A DNA stretch of 63,845 nucleotides, counting the filler, from Acidimicrobiia bacterium (lineage in GTDB: Bacteria > Actinomycetota > Acidimicrobiia > Spongiisociales > JAENVV01): NCBI GenBank assembly GCA_041577335.1. It is 4 parts of 4 records of this genome, joined end to end, with 100 filler letters (N's around TTAATTAATTAA, not from the genome) between each part and the next. Parts side by side here need not be neighbours in the genome. Positions count along the whole stretch, not along the records: positions 19,752 to 38,582 come from JBFGJH010000067.1; positions 38,683 to 57,241 come from JBFGJH010000068.1; 2 more parts are not named here. One strand, given 5' to 3'. Numbering within the stretch: position 1 is the first letter of the stretch; each line of letters begins with the position of its first letter. The notes beneath the pieces were generated by a model, which was given only the letters and a program-made list of their open reading frames with translations, was not told the DNA's origin and did no database searches. The translations under genes and the position numbers were made by a program. Of this stretch, positions 38,347-48,111 are shown in pieces.

Positions 38347-38582
38347 TCAGCCGTTCCCGTTGCCACCGTTCCCGTTGCTGCCGCCGGTTTGGCCGGGTGT
38401 CGTGTCTGATGGGCTGTTGCCGGTTTGGCCGGGTGTCGTGTCTGATGGGCTGTTGCCGGTTTGGCCGGGTGTCGTGTCTGATGGGCTGTTGCCGGTTTGG
38501 CCGGGTGCGGTGTCTGATGGGCTGTTGCCGGTTTGGCCGGGTGCGGTGTCTGATGGGCTGTTGCCGGTTTGGCCGGGTGCGG
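38347..38582 (-). CDS. C-terminal fragment of a repeat protein, (PSDT(T/A)PGQTGNS)n...GSNGNGGNGNG*
   Basis: Open minus frame from the contig edge to TGA at 38347-38349; absent from the ORF track because it has no start. Confidence 0.55.
38383..38582. repeat. 36-bp tandem repeat, about 5.5 copies, running into the gap
   Basis: Unit GGGCTGTTGCCGGTTTGGCCGGGTG(TC/CG)GTGTCTGAT, head-to-tail with no spacers. Confidence 0.95.
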
Positions 38583-38682
38583 NNNNNNNNNNNNNNNNNN
38601 NNNNNNNNNNNNNNNNNNNNNNNNNNTTAATTAATTAANNNNNNNNNNNNNNNNNNNNNNNNNNNNNNNNNNNNNNNNNNNN
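38583..38682. other. Artificial contig-join spacer
   Basis: N-run with TTAATTAATTAA. Confidence 0.97.
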
Positions 38683-39156
38683 CGGGTAGAGGCCGGCGAG
38701 GCGCGCGAGGTCGACGGCGGCTTCGGTATGGCCGGCCCGACGCAAGACACCACCAGGGTGATAGCGCAGGGGAAAGACATGACCGGGTCGGTTGAAGTCG
38801 CTGGGACCGAAGCTGTGGTCGACAACCGCCTTGATCGTGGCGGCGCGGTCAGCGGCACTGATTCCCGTGGTGGTTCCGCCCTTGACATCGATGGAAACGG
38901 TGAACGCGGTGTGCATCGAGTCCGTGTTGTCGGCCACCATGAGAGGGATCTGGAGTTGATCGAGGCGGTTGCCCTCGACCGGCAGGCAGATGAGGCCCGA
39001 CGTGTAGCGCACCATGAATCCCATCTTTTCCGGCGTGACCATCTCGGCGGCGATGATCAGGTCTCCCTCGTTCTCGCGATCCTCGTCGTCGACGACCACG
39101 ACGAACTCGCCGGCCCGGATGGCTTCGAGAGCTTGCTCGATCGACGCGAAACTCAT
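38683..39156 (-). CDS. ribBA: DHBP synthase (probably bifunctional with GTP cyclohydrolase II), 3' truncated
   Basis: [32 protein letters not shown]. Confidence 0.9.
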
Positions 39157-39746
39157 GACGAGGTCTCCATCATTCGCTCGACGTATTTGGCGATCACATC
39201 CACCTCGAGGTTGAGCCGGTCGCCAGGGCGCCGCTTGCCGACGACGGTGACCTCGAGGGTGTGCGGAATGATCGCGATCTCGAACGCGTCGTCGTCGAGC
39301 GCGGCCACCGTGAGGCTTATTCCATCGACGGTGATCGAGCCCTTGTGGACGAGGTACCGTCTGAGCTCGGCTGGGTACGAGACACGGAGCCGGCTGCCAT
39401 CTCCTTCAGGCGCGATGCTTTCCACCACGCCAACGCCGTCAACATGTCCCTGCACGATATGGCCGTCGAATCGCCCATCTGCAGGCATCGGCCGCTCGAG
39501 GTTGACGTGATCGCCTGCGGATAGGTCGCCGATGTTGGTGAGGCGCAGCGTCTCAGGGACGGCCTCGACGACGAACCCGTCGTTGCTGAGCTCGGTGACG
39601 GTGAGGCATGTTCCGTTGATCGAGATGCTGTCCCCGATCTTCAACCCGGGCGAGACTTCGCTCGACTCGATCCTGAGCCGGCGAGCCCCTTCGCCGTCGC
39701 TCATGCGCCGAACGATGCCCATGGTCTCGATGATGCCGGTGAACAT
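39153..39746 (-). CDS. ribE: Riboflavin synthase (alpha type)
   Basis: [27 protein letters not shown]. Confidence 0.96.
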   Translation of the reverse strand: MFTGIIETMGIVRRMSDGEGARRLRIESSEVSPGLKIGDSISINGTCLTVTELSNDGFVVEAVPETLRLTNIGDLSAGDHVNLERPMPADGRFDGHIVQGHVDGVGVVESIAPEGDGSRLRVSYPAELRRYLVHKGSITVDGISLTVAALDDDAFEIAIIPHTLEVTVVGKRRPGDRLNLEVDVIAKYVERMMETSS

Positions 39747-39752
39747 TGCCGA

Positions 39753-40796
39753 TTACTCCGTGACGAATTCGATGACTACATCTGGCCCGATCTGATTGAT
39801 CGCAGTGATGTCGACGGACCGGGCGTCAGCAAGGGTAGCGAAGGTCCCGTCGAATGGCCCGACGCCGAGTCCCCCGGCGATTTTGCCGGCAACGTAGAAC
39901 ACTCCCCGATCAACGAGGCCACCCCGCCACAAGGCACCAGACAGCGAAGCACCGCCCTCGACCAGGACGTCGAGGTAGCCGAGGTCGGACACCGATACCA
40001 GCGCAGCTTCCAAGTCGATGTGTCCGTCATCCCCTGCCACCTGAACCGAGGTTCCCGGCCCCGTCCACCGGCCCGAGCTCAGCACGAGCGGATCGCGCTC
40101 CCAGATTCTCCGGTCGGCTGGGATCGGACGGCTCCCCGCAACCACGATCGGGCGAGGCTGGGGGCCCGTGTAGTCAGGCAGCCTGACTGTCAGAAGGGGA
40201 TCGTCGGCAATCACGGTGCCGGCTCCCACCACAACCGCGTCAACCCTGGCTCGGAGGTGGTGGCCATGTTGTCGCGCTTCGTGGCTCGTGATCCATTGCG
40301 ATGTGCCGTCGGCGGCCGCCAGCTGCCCGTCGAGCGTGATCGCCGACTTGAGCGTGGTCATCGCTCGCCCTGTTCGGCGGTGAAACATATAGGCAGCGTC
40401 GACGCTCTCGGTGATGAAGCCGTCGATGACCTCGACGCCTGCATCTCTCAATCTCGTCATGCCCCTCCCTGAAACTCGAACATCCGGGTCGGTTTCGCCG
40501 ACGATCACCCGGGCGACGCCGGCTGCAATGAGAGCGTCGGCGCATGGGGGGGTTCTTCCATGATGTGAGCACGGCTCCAAGGTCACATACATGGTCGCTC
40601 CTCGGGCTGACTGACCCCCGTCCATGAGTGCCTCGATCTCGGCATGAGGAGCACCCGGGCCGGCGTGGAACCCGGACCCGATGACGATGCCGTCTCTCAC
40701 CAGCACAGCTCCGACCTGAGGATTCGGGTGGGGCCGGGCGAGGCGGGCAAGCCGAACGGCCTCGTCCATGAATTGGTGGTGGCCGGCGTCCTGCAT
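39753..40796 (-). CDS. ribD: Riboflavin deaminase/reductase
   Basis: PNPQVG, HAE, TLEPCSHHGRTPPC, SQWIT, VEGG. Confidence 0.95.
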   Translation of the reverse strand: MQDAGHHQFMDEAVRLARLARPHPNPQVGAVLVRDGIVIGSGFHAGPGAPHAEIEALMDGGQSARGATMYVTLEPCSHHGRTPPCADALIAAGVARVIVGETDPDVRVSGRGMTRLRDAGVEVIDGFITESVDAAYMFHRRTGRAMTTLKSAITLDGQLAAADGTSQWITSHEARQHGHHLRARVDAVVVGAGTVIADDPLLTVRLPDYTGPQPRPIVVAGSRPIPADRRIWERDPLVLSSGRWTGPGTSVQVAGDDGHIDLEAALVSVSDLGYLDVLVEGGASLSGALWRGGLVDRGVFYVAGKIAGGLGVGPFDGTFATLADARSVDITAINQIGPDVVIEFVTE

Positions 40797-40840
40797 CGTC
40801 CCCAGGCTAGACCCGGCTGAGGCGACGAGGTCGGGCGGTG

Positions 40841-41779
40841 TCAAGCGGTGCGACGGTCGATTTCGTAGCTCGATCCTTGGCGCTTCTTGGCGAATTCCTT
40901 CATTTCGACGGCAACCGCCGACGCTTCCCACTGGGACTTGATCTGGCGGGCGAGGTTGGTCACGACCCCCAGGCTGATCGAGACGAGTGGAAACGCATGA
41001 CGATCACCCCGCCGGTCGGTGACCTCGATGTATCCGCGAAGCGCATCGGCCGTGTCGTACAGGTCGAGAACCCCATCGTCGAAGCGGTCGATGACCCGCT
41101 TGCAGAACACTTCGGCGACCTCGGCGTTCATCACAGCCACAAAGTCGTCACCACCGATGTGCCCGACGAATGCATCGGGGCCGCCCAGCTCGGCGATCGC
41201 TTCGAGCAGCACATGAGCCGTGAACTTGATCACCTGGTCGCCGCGCATGAATCCGTAGTGGTCATTGAACGCCTTGAAGTTGTCGAGGTCGACCCACGCG
41301 ATCGCGAAGTACCCATTGGGGTTGTTGATGCGCTCATCCAACACCGACGAGATGCGAAAGTTGCCGGGCAACCCGGTGAGCGGGGACACATCCCGCATGG
41401 CTTGGGTCCGGCGCATGACGGCCTTCACCCTCGCCACGAGCTCGGAGACGTCGAACGGTTTGGTGATGTAATCGTCTGCTCCCAGCTCGAGGCCGCGAAT
41501 TCGGTCTTCGGTCAGCGCCCGAGCGGTGAGCAGGATGATCGAGGTGTTCGAAGAGGCGGGGTGCAATCGGAGCTGCTTCAGCGCGCTGAGGCCATCCATC
41601 ACCGGCATCATCAGGTCGAGGAGGAGGACATCCGGTGGATTGGCCAAGACCTTGTCGATCGCTTCCTGTCCGTTGGCGGCTGTCTCGACTTCGAACCCCT
41701 CCAACTCCAGGTTGACGCGAACGAATTGAAGGATGTCGGGATCGTCGTCGGCGACGATGATGCGTTGTAGGTCGCTCAT
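40841..41779 (-). CDS. Response regulator with REC + GGDEF-like (GGDDF) domain
   Basis: REC: ADDD, LLDLMMP, DDYITKPF. Output domain: PLTGLPGN, DLDNFKAFND, HIGGDDF. Confidence 0.9.
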   Translation of the reverse strand: MSDLQRIIVADDDPDILQFVRVNLELEGFEVETAANGQEAIDKVLANPPDVLLLDLMMPVMDGLSALKQLRLHPASSNTSIILLTARALTEDRIRGLELGADDYITKPFDVSELVARVKAVMRRTQAMRDVSPLTGLPGNFRISSVLDERINNPNGYFAIAWVDLDNFKAFNDHYGFMRGDQVIKFTAHVLLEAIAELGGPDAFVGHIGGDDFVAVMNAEVAEVFCKRVIDRFDDGVLDLYDTADALRGYIEVTDRRGDRHAFPLVSISLGVVTNLARQIKSQWEASAVAVEMKEFAKKRQGSSYEIDRRTA

Positions 41780-41786
41780 TGGCTGC

Positions 41787-42446
41787 TCAGTTGCCGATCG
41801 CCGCTCGCAAGGCATGGACCGCCGCGACGGGATCTGGTTGTCGGAATATGGCAGTCCCCGCCACAAACACGTTCGCTCCGGCGGATCGGGCTGCCATGGC
41901 GGTCTCCGTGGTGATACCGCCGTCTACCTGTATATCGGTCGCCAGACCGTCGGCCTGAATCACCTTGCGAGTGGCCCGCACCTTCTCGAGAACCTCAGGC
42001 ATGAAGGATTGGCCGCCGAAACCCGGATTCACGGTCATGATGAGCACCTGCGACGTCAGATGGAGATACGGCTCGATCGCCTCGAACGGGGTGGGAGGGC
42101 TCACCACCAGGCCGAAGTCGAGGCCTGCCGCGTTCGCAAGGGCGGCCACCGGCTCGGGATCGGGAAAGACCTCGATATGGACCGAGAGGAGCTCACCGCC
42201 GGCCGTCTTGAGCGCATCGACGTACTCGTCCGGGTTGGTGGTCATCATGTGACAGTCGAAATAGAGATCAGTGACCGGTCGGAGCGACTCGATCACCGGG
42301 AATCCCAGCGTCAGGTTCGGCACAAAATGGCCGTCCATGACGTCGATGTGCAAGGCATCGACGACATCGGCGATTCGCTCGACATCCGCACCGAGACGGG
42401 CAAAATCAGCGGCGAGGATCGAAGGCGCGATCTTGATCGGGAGCAT
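41787..42446 (-). CDS. rpe: Ribulose-phosphate 3-epimerase
   Basis: IAPSIL, HIDVMDGHFVPN, MTVNPGFGGQ, VDGG. Confidence 0.97.
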   Translation of the reverse strand: MLPIKIAPSILAADFARLGADVERIADVVDALHIDVMDGHFVPNLTLGFPVIESLRPVTDLYFDCHMMTTNPDEYVDALKTAGGELLSVHIEVFPDPEPVAALANAAGLDFGLVVSPPTPFEAIEPYLHLTSQVLIMTVNPGFGGQSFMPEVLEKVRATRKVIQADGLATDIQVDGGITTETAMAARSAGANVFVAGTAIFRQPDPVAAVHALRAAIGN

Positions 42447-42461
42447 GCCAGCGAGTGTAGA

Positions 42462-43679
42462 TCAGGCGCGGCGAACGATGCTGATGAACATGCCGTCGGT
42501 GCCGGTGATGTGGGGGGCCAACAGGACACCGTTTCCCCACTCCATCCCAGGGATTCCGTCGGGGGCTGCCGCGTTCAGACCGTCGACCTGATCGATGGTC
42601 TCCTCGCGCGTCACCGTGCAGACCGAATAGACGACCCGACCGTCCGGGTGGATCAATGACAAAGCAGCGGCGAGCAGGTCTCGCTGGATGGCGGCGAGGC
42701 GCTCCACACCCTCGGGTTGAACACGGTCCTTGATTTCGGGTCTGCGCCGCAGTGTGCCAAGACCGCTGCACGGAGCATCCAGAACGACCACGTCAAACGC
42801 CCCCCGTCGAAACGGCGGATGCCTGCCGTCAGCCACAACCCAGGGAAAGGAGTGGCCGGCCTGACGACTGCGCTTGGCGGCCGTCACGACTCGCCGCTGG
42901 TGGCGATCCGCAGCGATGAGACGGCGCGGCCCGAGATCGGCGAGGTGTATGGCCTTTCCGCCCGGAGCAGCCGCCATATCGAGAACGGTGTCGGTTGCCA
43001 GCACCGCCGCCGCCCGTCCGACTGCAATCGATGCAGGGTCTTGAACGATGGCTCCGTCGATCAGCTGCGTGCCATAGACCGCCTCCGAAAAGCCCAATAC
43101 ATCACACTCCACGACCGCGGCACCAACGTCGACGGGCTTCCGAAGCCGCATACCAATCGCAGGACTATCGCGGGAAGCCTCCAAAAAGCGCTCGGTCTCT
43201 TCGGAGCCCCACTGGGCGTCGAGTCTGGAGAGCAGCCAGGCGGGAACCGACCAGCGCAGGTCGCGTGGCGCGTCGCCGTCCAGCCACGCTGCTTGAGGCT
43301 GGCGAACCAGCGCCCTGAGGACGCCGTTGACAAAACCGGCGGCACGTTCCTTGCCTGCCACTCGGACGGCCTCCACCGCCGAGTCGACCACTGCATGGGC
43401 CGGTGTCCGTCCTTCTCCGAGCTCGAAGGCCGCAACTCTGAGGATGTCATGCACCTCAGACTCGACCTTCCGATCAGCGGTGCGACTGGCCACGGCGCTA
43501 TCGACGGCGGCCCGATTGCGCAGGACGCCGTAAACGAGTGACGTTGCGAATCGCCGGTCTTCGTCGCTGAGGTCACCGAGGGCGGTGTTGGTCAAAACGT
43601 TGCTGTACGCTCCCTGACGTAGGACGCGGCCGATGATGCGGGCCGCCCCGAGCCGGGCGGCAACCCCTGGTTTGGTCAT
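42462..43679 (-). CDS. rsmB: 16S rRNA m5C967 methyltransferase (NusB-like + RsmB domains)
   Basis: FVNGVLR, DMAAAPGGK, DAPCSGLG, YSVCT. Confidence 0.9.
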   Translation of the reverse strand: MTKPGVAARLGAARIIGRVLRQGAYSNVLTNTALGDLSDEDRRFATSLVYGVLRNRAAVDSAVASRTADRKVESEVHDILRVAAFELGEGRTPAHAVVDSAVEAVRVAGKERAAGFVNGVLRALVRQPQAAWLDGDAPRDLRWSVPAWLLSRLDAQWGSEETERFLEASRDSPAIGMRLRKPVDVGAAVVECDVLGFSEAVYGTQLIDGAIVQDPASIAVGRAAAVLATDTVLDMAAAPGGKAIHLADLGPRRLIAADRHQRRVVTAAKRSRQAGHSFPWVVADGRHPPFRRGAFDVVVLDAPCSGLGTLRRRPEIKDRVQPEGVERLAAIQRDLLAAALSLIHPDGRVVYSVCTVTREETIDQVDGLNAAAPDGIPGMEWGNGVLLAPHITGTDGMFISIVRRA

Positions 43680-44590
43680 CGAAGAACGTCTTGGGCATCG
43701 TCGCGAAGGCCACGGGCCCATTCCTCCGCCGGCATCGAGCGCCGACCGGCCGGCTGGACGATGCGCAGCAAGAGATCCTGCTCGCCGGTACCCACCATGA
43801 CTGCTGCTCCCTCGATGTGAAGCTGTCCTGGGGCAAGGGTGCCGCTGGCTGCCGGGGTCGCCGACCAGATCTTCAACCGATCGTCGTGAAGGGCCCAAGC
43901 CCCCGGTCGCGGGTTGAAGGCACGAATCTGTCGCGCCAACGTGACGGCGGGCATCGAGAAGTCCAGCTTGGCCTCGTCGGTGGTGAGGCGTGCGGCGTAG
44001 GTGCTCAGACCGTCGTCTTGGGGCTCGGGTCTGATGGTTCCTTCGACCCAGCGAGGAAGGGTGGCTACGAGCAGCTCGGCGCCGTCGACGGCCAGTCGTG
44101 CCGTGAGGTCCCCGGCATTCTCGCCTTCCCCGATGGGCGACGCCCGCAACGCAACGATCGGCCCCGTGTCGAGACCCTCATCCATGGCCATGATGGTCAC
44201 TCCCGTGTTCTCGTCTCCCGCCAGGATGGCTCGTTCAACAGGAGCGGCGCCACGCCAACGGGGCAGCAACGAGAAATGAACATTCAAGAACCCCGTGTCC
44301 GGCAGGGTCAGTGTGGCGTGGTCGAGGATCATGCCGTACGCAACCACCACCCCAACGTCAAAGGGCCCGGCCGCGGCCACGGCGTCGAAGACAGCACCAC
44401 GGTTGGCCGGTTGGAGCACCGCCAGTCCGAGGCGCGTCGCTGCCTCCTTGACCGGCGGCGGCACAGGCGCCTGCGATCGGCCCTGCGCTCGATCCGGCTG
44501 GGTGCAGACCACCAGTTCGTCGGCGTAGCCGTACAACGCATGGAGGGCCGGCAGACCCGCCTCCGGCGTGCCCATGAACAGGATCTTCAA
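43676..44590 (-). CDS. fmt: Methionyl-tRNA formyltransferase
   Basis: FMGTP, NVHFSLLPRWRGAAP, GLDTG. Confidence 0.96.
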   Translation of the reverse strand: MKILFMGTPEAGLPALHALYGYADELVVCTQPDRAQGRSQAPVPPPVKEAATRLGLAVLQPANRGAVFDAVAAAGPFDVGVVVAYGMILDHATLTLPDTGFLNVHFSLLPRWRGAAPVERAILAGDENTGVTIMAMDEGLDTGPIVALRASPIGEGENAGDLTARLAVDGAELLVATLPRWVEGTIRPEPQDDGLSTYAARLTTDEAKLDFSMPAVTLARQIRAFNPRPGAWALHDDRLKIWSATPAASGTLAPGQLHIEGAAVMVGTGEQDLLLRIVQPAGRRSMPAEEWARGLRDDAQDVLR

Positions 44591-45120
44591 GTGAGACCCA
44601 ATGCATCGTTGCGGAGATCGCGAAGCGCAGCCTTCCTCGTCTTCCGGTCGAGCCGCTCAATGAGGAGTGTTCCATTGAGATGATCAACTTCGTGCTGAAG
44701 CACCCTTCCCATCAATTCGTTGCCCCAGTACTCGACGTCGTTTCCGTCGAGATCGAGTCCCTTCGCCCACGCAAATGCGGGTCGGGTGACGAGCCAGTAA
44801 TAGCCGGGCACGGAAAGGCACCCTTCCTCGTATTCGTACTGCTCTTCGGTGTCGAAAGTGGGATCGGGCCCGACGCCGCCACCCCCAACCTCGACCAACT
44901 CAGGATTGATCAAGGCCTGGGGCCCGTCGCCCGCATCGAAGACCACGACCCGGCGAGAGATCCCGATCTGCGGAGCGGCGAGGCCCACCCCGGGCGCGTC
45001 GTACATGGTGTCGATCATGTCATCGACGAGCTTGGCGAGCGCGCCGTCGATCTCCGCAACCGGTTGGGCAACGGCACGGAGCACCGGATCGCCAAACGTC
45101 CTGATCGGGTAGATCGCCAT
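44587..45120 (-). CDS. def: Peptide deformylase
   Basis: GVGLAAPQ, EGCLS, QHEVDH. Confidence 0.97.
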   Translation of the reverse strand: MAIYPIRTFGDPVLRAVAQPVAEIDGALAKLVDDMIDTMYDAPGVGLAAPQIGISRRVVVFDAGDGPQALINPELVEVGGGGVGPDPTFDTEEQYEYEEGCLSVPGYYWLVTRPAFAWAKGLDLDGNDVEYWGNELMGRVLQHEVDHLNGTLLIERLDRKTRKAALRDLRNDALGLT

Positions 45121-45150
45121 GGCCGGGCAGGATAGCTTCCGCGTGGTGGT

Positions 45151-46959
45151 TCACAGATCGATGGGGTCGGCGTCCACCCGCACCCGCGCGCCGGCGTCGC
45201 GGGCGTCTTGCACGATGCCGCGCAGCGTCCGCTTGTCGCGATCGAGCGACGCCCCTTGCAGGAGCCACCTCCGCCGATCCCCGTACTCGATGGGCCCCAG
45301 CAAGTCACCCGAAAGCTCTGCCAGGCGTTCCGGCAGCCAAGAAGGCGGATCGGTGATATCCAGGACCAACAACTGACCCACGGGAGGGAGCCTCTCTTGC
45401 CGCCGCTCCTCGATCATTGCCTCGAGCAATCCAATCGGCTCGCCCCGCTGCAGCGCTTGGATGATCGGATGAGATGGTCGAGCCGTCTGGACGATGAATC
45501 GAGCGCCGGCCGATGTCGCAACGGTACCGGCAACGCGCGCCAGCAATCGCAGCGCCGTCTCAGGAGCGCGATAGTTCGTACCGAAGATCAGGCCATCGGC
45601 ATCGACGGCCACCGCCACGTGGCGCGACGCAACCAACGGGAGATCCCGTTCCGTTCCCACCCAAACGGGGCCGTCAGAGCCGACCGGTCCGACGAGAGCG
45701 GGCGTCACGAACTTGGTGAGCTCGGAGAGGACGCGGCCCTCCCCCGCTCCCATGGGCTCGAAAGCCCGTCCGGCGCACTTTCGGCATGGACCGAGGGGGC
45801 TGCCGCAGCGGGCACATTGGGTCTTGCCAACCGCCCGCGCCTCACACACCTCACACACCCGAAGGGTCCGACAGGAAACGCATCGGAACGCTGGTGCGTA
45901 CCCATGTCGGTGGGTGAACACAAACGCGGTCTTCCCTTGGCGGGCCGCAGCCGAAATCGCAGCACGCGCCCTGGTTCCCAGGACCCCGCCTCCGGGAGGA
46001 TCTTCTCCTCGGTCGATGACTTCGGTGCGCGGCCACAGTCGCCCCGGCTGGACGACCAGTCGGGCGCCCCCGGCGAGCGCCTCAGTGCTCGGCACGACCG
46101 AAGACAGCACCAGCGAGAAGCGTTCTCCGGCGGCCCGGCTGCGGAGGAGCTCCCGGACATGGAGTGTTGGAGTCTGACGGGCCTTGAGCCCCCGCCGGCC
46201 GTCGCCGACGATCCAGGCGAGCCGCAACCCCGCCACCGGCCACAGCGCAATGCGCTCGGTGCCCACCAGGAGATACCCGGATTGGTCGCGAACCCGTGAC
46301 CAGCGATCGGTGACTTGACGGTCGCTCATCTCAGGGTGGACCAGAACCGTCCGTGCTCCCAACCCGGCGACCTCATCGAAGAAGCGCTGGGCCTCGACAC
46401 CGGTAGGGAACACGGCCATCGTGGAGTGGCCAGAGCGCAACACCGGTCCGGCCGCCGAGGCGACAGCTTCACTGCTGACGTTGCCGACCACAACGACGGG
46501 AGGGCCGCCGGCGCCCTCGACCGCGGAAACGCCCAGCGGCGTATACACGCCGTCGATCTCAGCCGGCACCTCAGGCAGAGCCTTGGCGGTGGCCCTTCGA
46601 GGGAGGTTGGGCGGCGAGGTCTTCTTGAGAAGGCTCGAGACGGGAGCGACGTAATGGTGGGCAGCCCATTGCAGGGTTTCGAGCAGCTGTGGCGAGAAGA
46701 CCGTATGGTCACCTGAGATACGACGGAGCGCCTTGAGGCCCGCTCGGGGCGAATCATCGACGCGGGTCACCCACCCGCGAACCACGCGGCCACCGAGGGG
46801 CACACGCACCACCGATCCGACCGCCGGCTCGAGACCGTCGGGAACCGAATACCAGAATCCACGATCGACTTGCACCGACGGAACGTCGGGAACGACGAGA
46901 GCGTTCAGAGGGCAGCCGCCGCCGCAGCCAACTCCTCGGCTCGCGCCGACGCCTCCCAC
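45151..46959 (-). CDS. priA: Primosomal protein N' (actinobacterial type, degenerate helicase)
   Basis: N-terminal VRVPLG, four CxxC pairs, RLPP, C-terminal VDADP; between metK and def. Start uncertain (about 46908-46959). Confidence 0.85.
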   Translation of the reverse strand: MGGVGASRGVGCGGGCPLNALVVPDVPSVQVDRGFWYSVPDGLEPAVGSVVRVPLGGRVVRGWVTRVDDSPRAGLKALRRISGDHTVFSPQLLETLQWAAHHYVAPVSSLLKKTSPPNLPRRATAKALPEVPAEIDGVYTPLGVSAVEGAGGPPVVVVGNVSSEAVASAAGPVLRSGHSTMAVFPTGVEAQRFFDEVAGLGARTVLVHPEMSDRQVTDRWSRVRDQSGYLLVGTERIALWPVAGLRLAWIVGDGRRGLKARQTPTLHVRELLRSRAAGERFSLVLSSVVPSTEALAGGARLVVQPGRLWPRTEVIDRGEDPPGGGVLGTRARAAISAAARQGKTAFVFTHRHGYAPAFRCVSCRTLRVCEVCEARAVGKTQCARCGSPLGPCRKCAGRAFEPMGAGEGRVLSELTKFVTPALVGPVGSDGPVWVGTERDLPLVASRHVAVAVDADGLIFGTNYRAPETALRLLARVAGTVATSAGARFIVQTARPSHPIIQALQRGEPIGLLEAMIEERRQERLPPVGQLLVLDITDPPSWLPERLAELSGDLLGPIEYGDRRRWLLQGASLDRDKRTLRGIVQDARDAGARVRVDADPIDL

Positions 46960-48086
46960 GTGAACTCGGGAAGGTTGCGGCCGAAGTGACCGTAGGCAGA
47001 TGTCAGCGCAAAGATGGGCCTGCGAAGGTTGAGCTCGGTGATGATGCCGGCAGGACGGAAGTCGAAGAACTCGTTGAGGAGAAGCTCCAAGCTGCGCTCA
47101 TCCACCTCACCGGTCCCAAACAGGTCCACGAACACCGATACCGGCCGCGCCTGGCCGATGGCGTACGCCAGTTGAAGCTCACACCGCCTCGCCAGCCCAG
47201 CCGCCACAACGGTCTTGGCGGCATGCCGTGCTGCGTAGGCAGCCGAGCGGTCCACTTTGGTCGGGTCCTTGCCCGAGAAAGCTCCGCCACCATGCCGGGC
47301 ATACCCGCCGTACGTGTCGACAATGATCTTGCGACCGGTGAGGCCGGCGTCTCCGGCGGGGCCGCCGATCACGAACCGGCCCGATGGATTCACCAGTAGT
47401 TCGGTCCCCTCGAGGAGGCTCCTGTCGACGGTCTTGGTGACGACTAGCTCCCACAAGACTTCTCGGAGCTCATCGTTGTCGATTTCGGGACTGTGTTGGG
47501 TGGAGATGAGGATGTGTGAGACCCCGATTGGTCGGTCGCCCTCGTAATCCACCGTCACCTGGGTCTTGGCGTCCGGTCCCAAAAAGGGAATCTCGAGGCC
47601 GAGCCGCGCCTCCGCCAGGCGCTCCGCCAGACGATGGGCGAGGTGGATGGGCATCGGCATGAGCGCGTCGGTCTCATCGGTTGCGTATCCGAACATCATT
47701 CCCTGATCTCCGGCGCCGAGCTGGTCGCCTGGGTCGGTGCTCCCAGTCCGGGTTTCGAGCGATTGGCTCACACCGTCGGAGATATCCGAAGACTGTTCGT
47801 CCACGGCGACCAACACCTCGATGGAGTCGGCGGAGAAGTCAGGATTGGTGGTGTAACCGATGTCGGCGACCGCTTTGCGGACAACGGCCTCGAACGGCAC
47901 GTGGGCGGTCGTTGTCATCTCGCCGGCGATCACCGCCAGGTTTGTGGTGACCAAGGTTTCGCACGCGACCCGCCCGAGTGGGTCCTCGGCGAGGACTGCG
48001 TCGAGAACCGAATCAGAGATTCGGTCGGCGACCTTGTCGGGATGACCTTCGGCAACCGACTCTGATGTGAAGCTCCAGCGACGCAT
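46905..48086 (-). CDS. metK: S-adenosylmethionine synthetase
   Basis: FTSESVAEGHPDK, GAGDQG, GGGAFSGKD. Confidence 0.98.
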   Translation of the reverse strand: MRRWSFTSESVAEGHPDKVADRISDSVLDAVLAEDPLGRVACETLVTTNLAVIAGEMTTTAHVPFEAVVRKAVADIGYTTNPDFSADSIEVLVAVDEQSSDISDGVSQSLETRTGSTDPGDQLGAGDQGMMFGYATDETDALMPMPIHLAHRLAERLAEARLGLEIPFLGPDAKTQVTVDYEGDRPIGVSHILISTQHSPEIDNDELREVLWELVVTKTVDRSLLEGTELLVNPSGRFVIGGPAGDAGLTGRKIIVDTYGGYARHGGGAFSGKDPTKVDRSAAYAARHAAKTVVAAGLARRCELQLAYAIGQARPVSVFVDLFGTGEVDERSLELLLNEFFDFRPAGIITELNLRRPIFALTSAYGHFGRNLPEFTWEASARAEELAAAAAAL

Positions 48087-48111
48087 CCGCGGAGTATATC
48101 TGCAACCGCGT

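Noticed and set aside
38383..38582. 36-bp repeats as a CRISPR array
   Set aside because: Units are contiguous with no spacers, keep a reading frame, and no cas genes are present.
40797..40840. FMN riboswitch before ribD
   Set aside because: The spacer is only 44 bp with a leaderless -10 signature and no RFN motifs.
40841..41779. Hypr (cGAMP-forming) GGDEF
   Set aside because: The guanine-specifying Asp (RGD) is retained rather than replaced by Ser.
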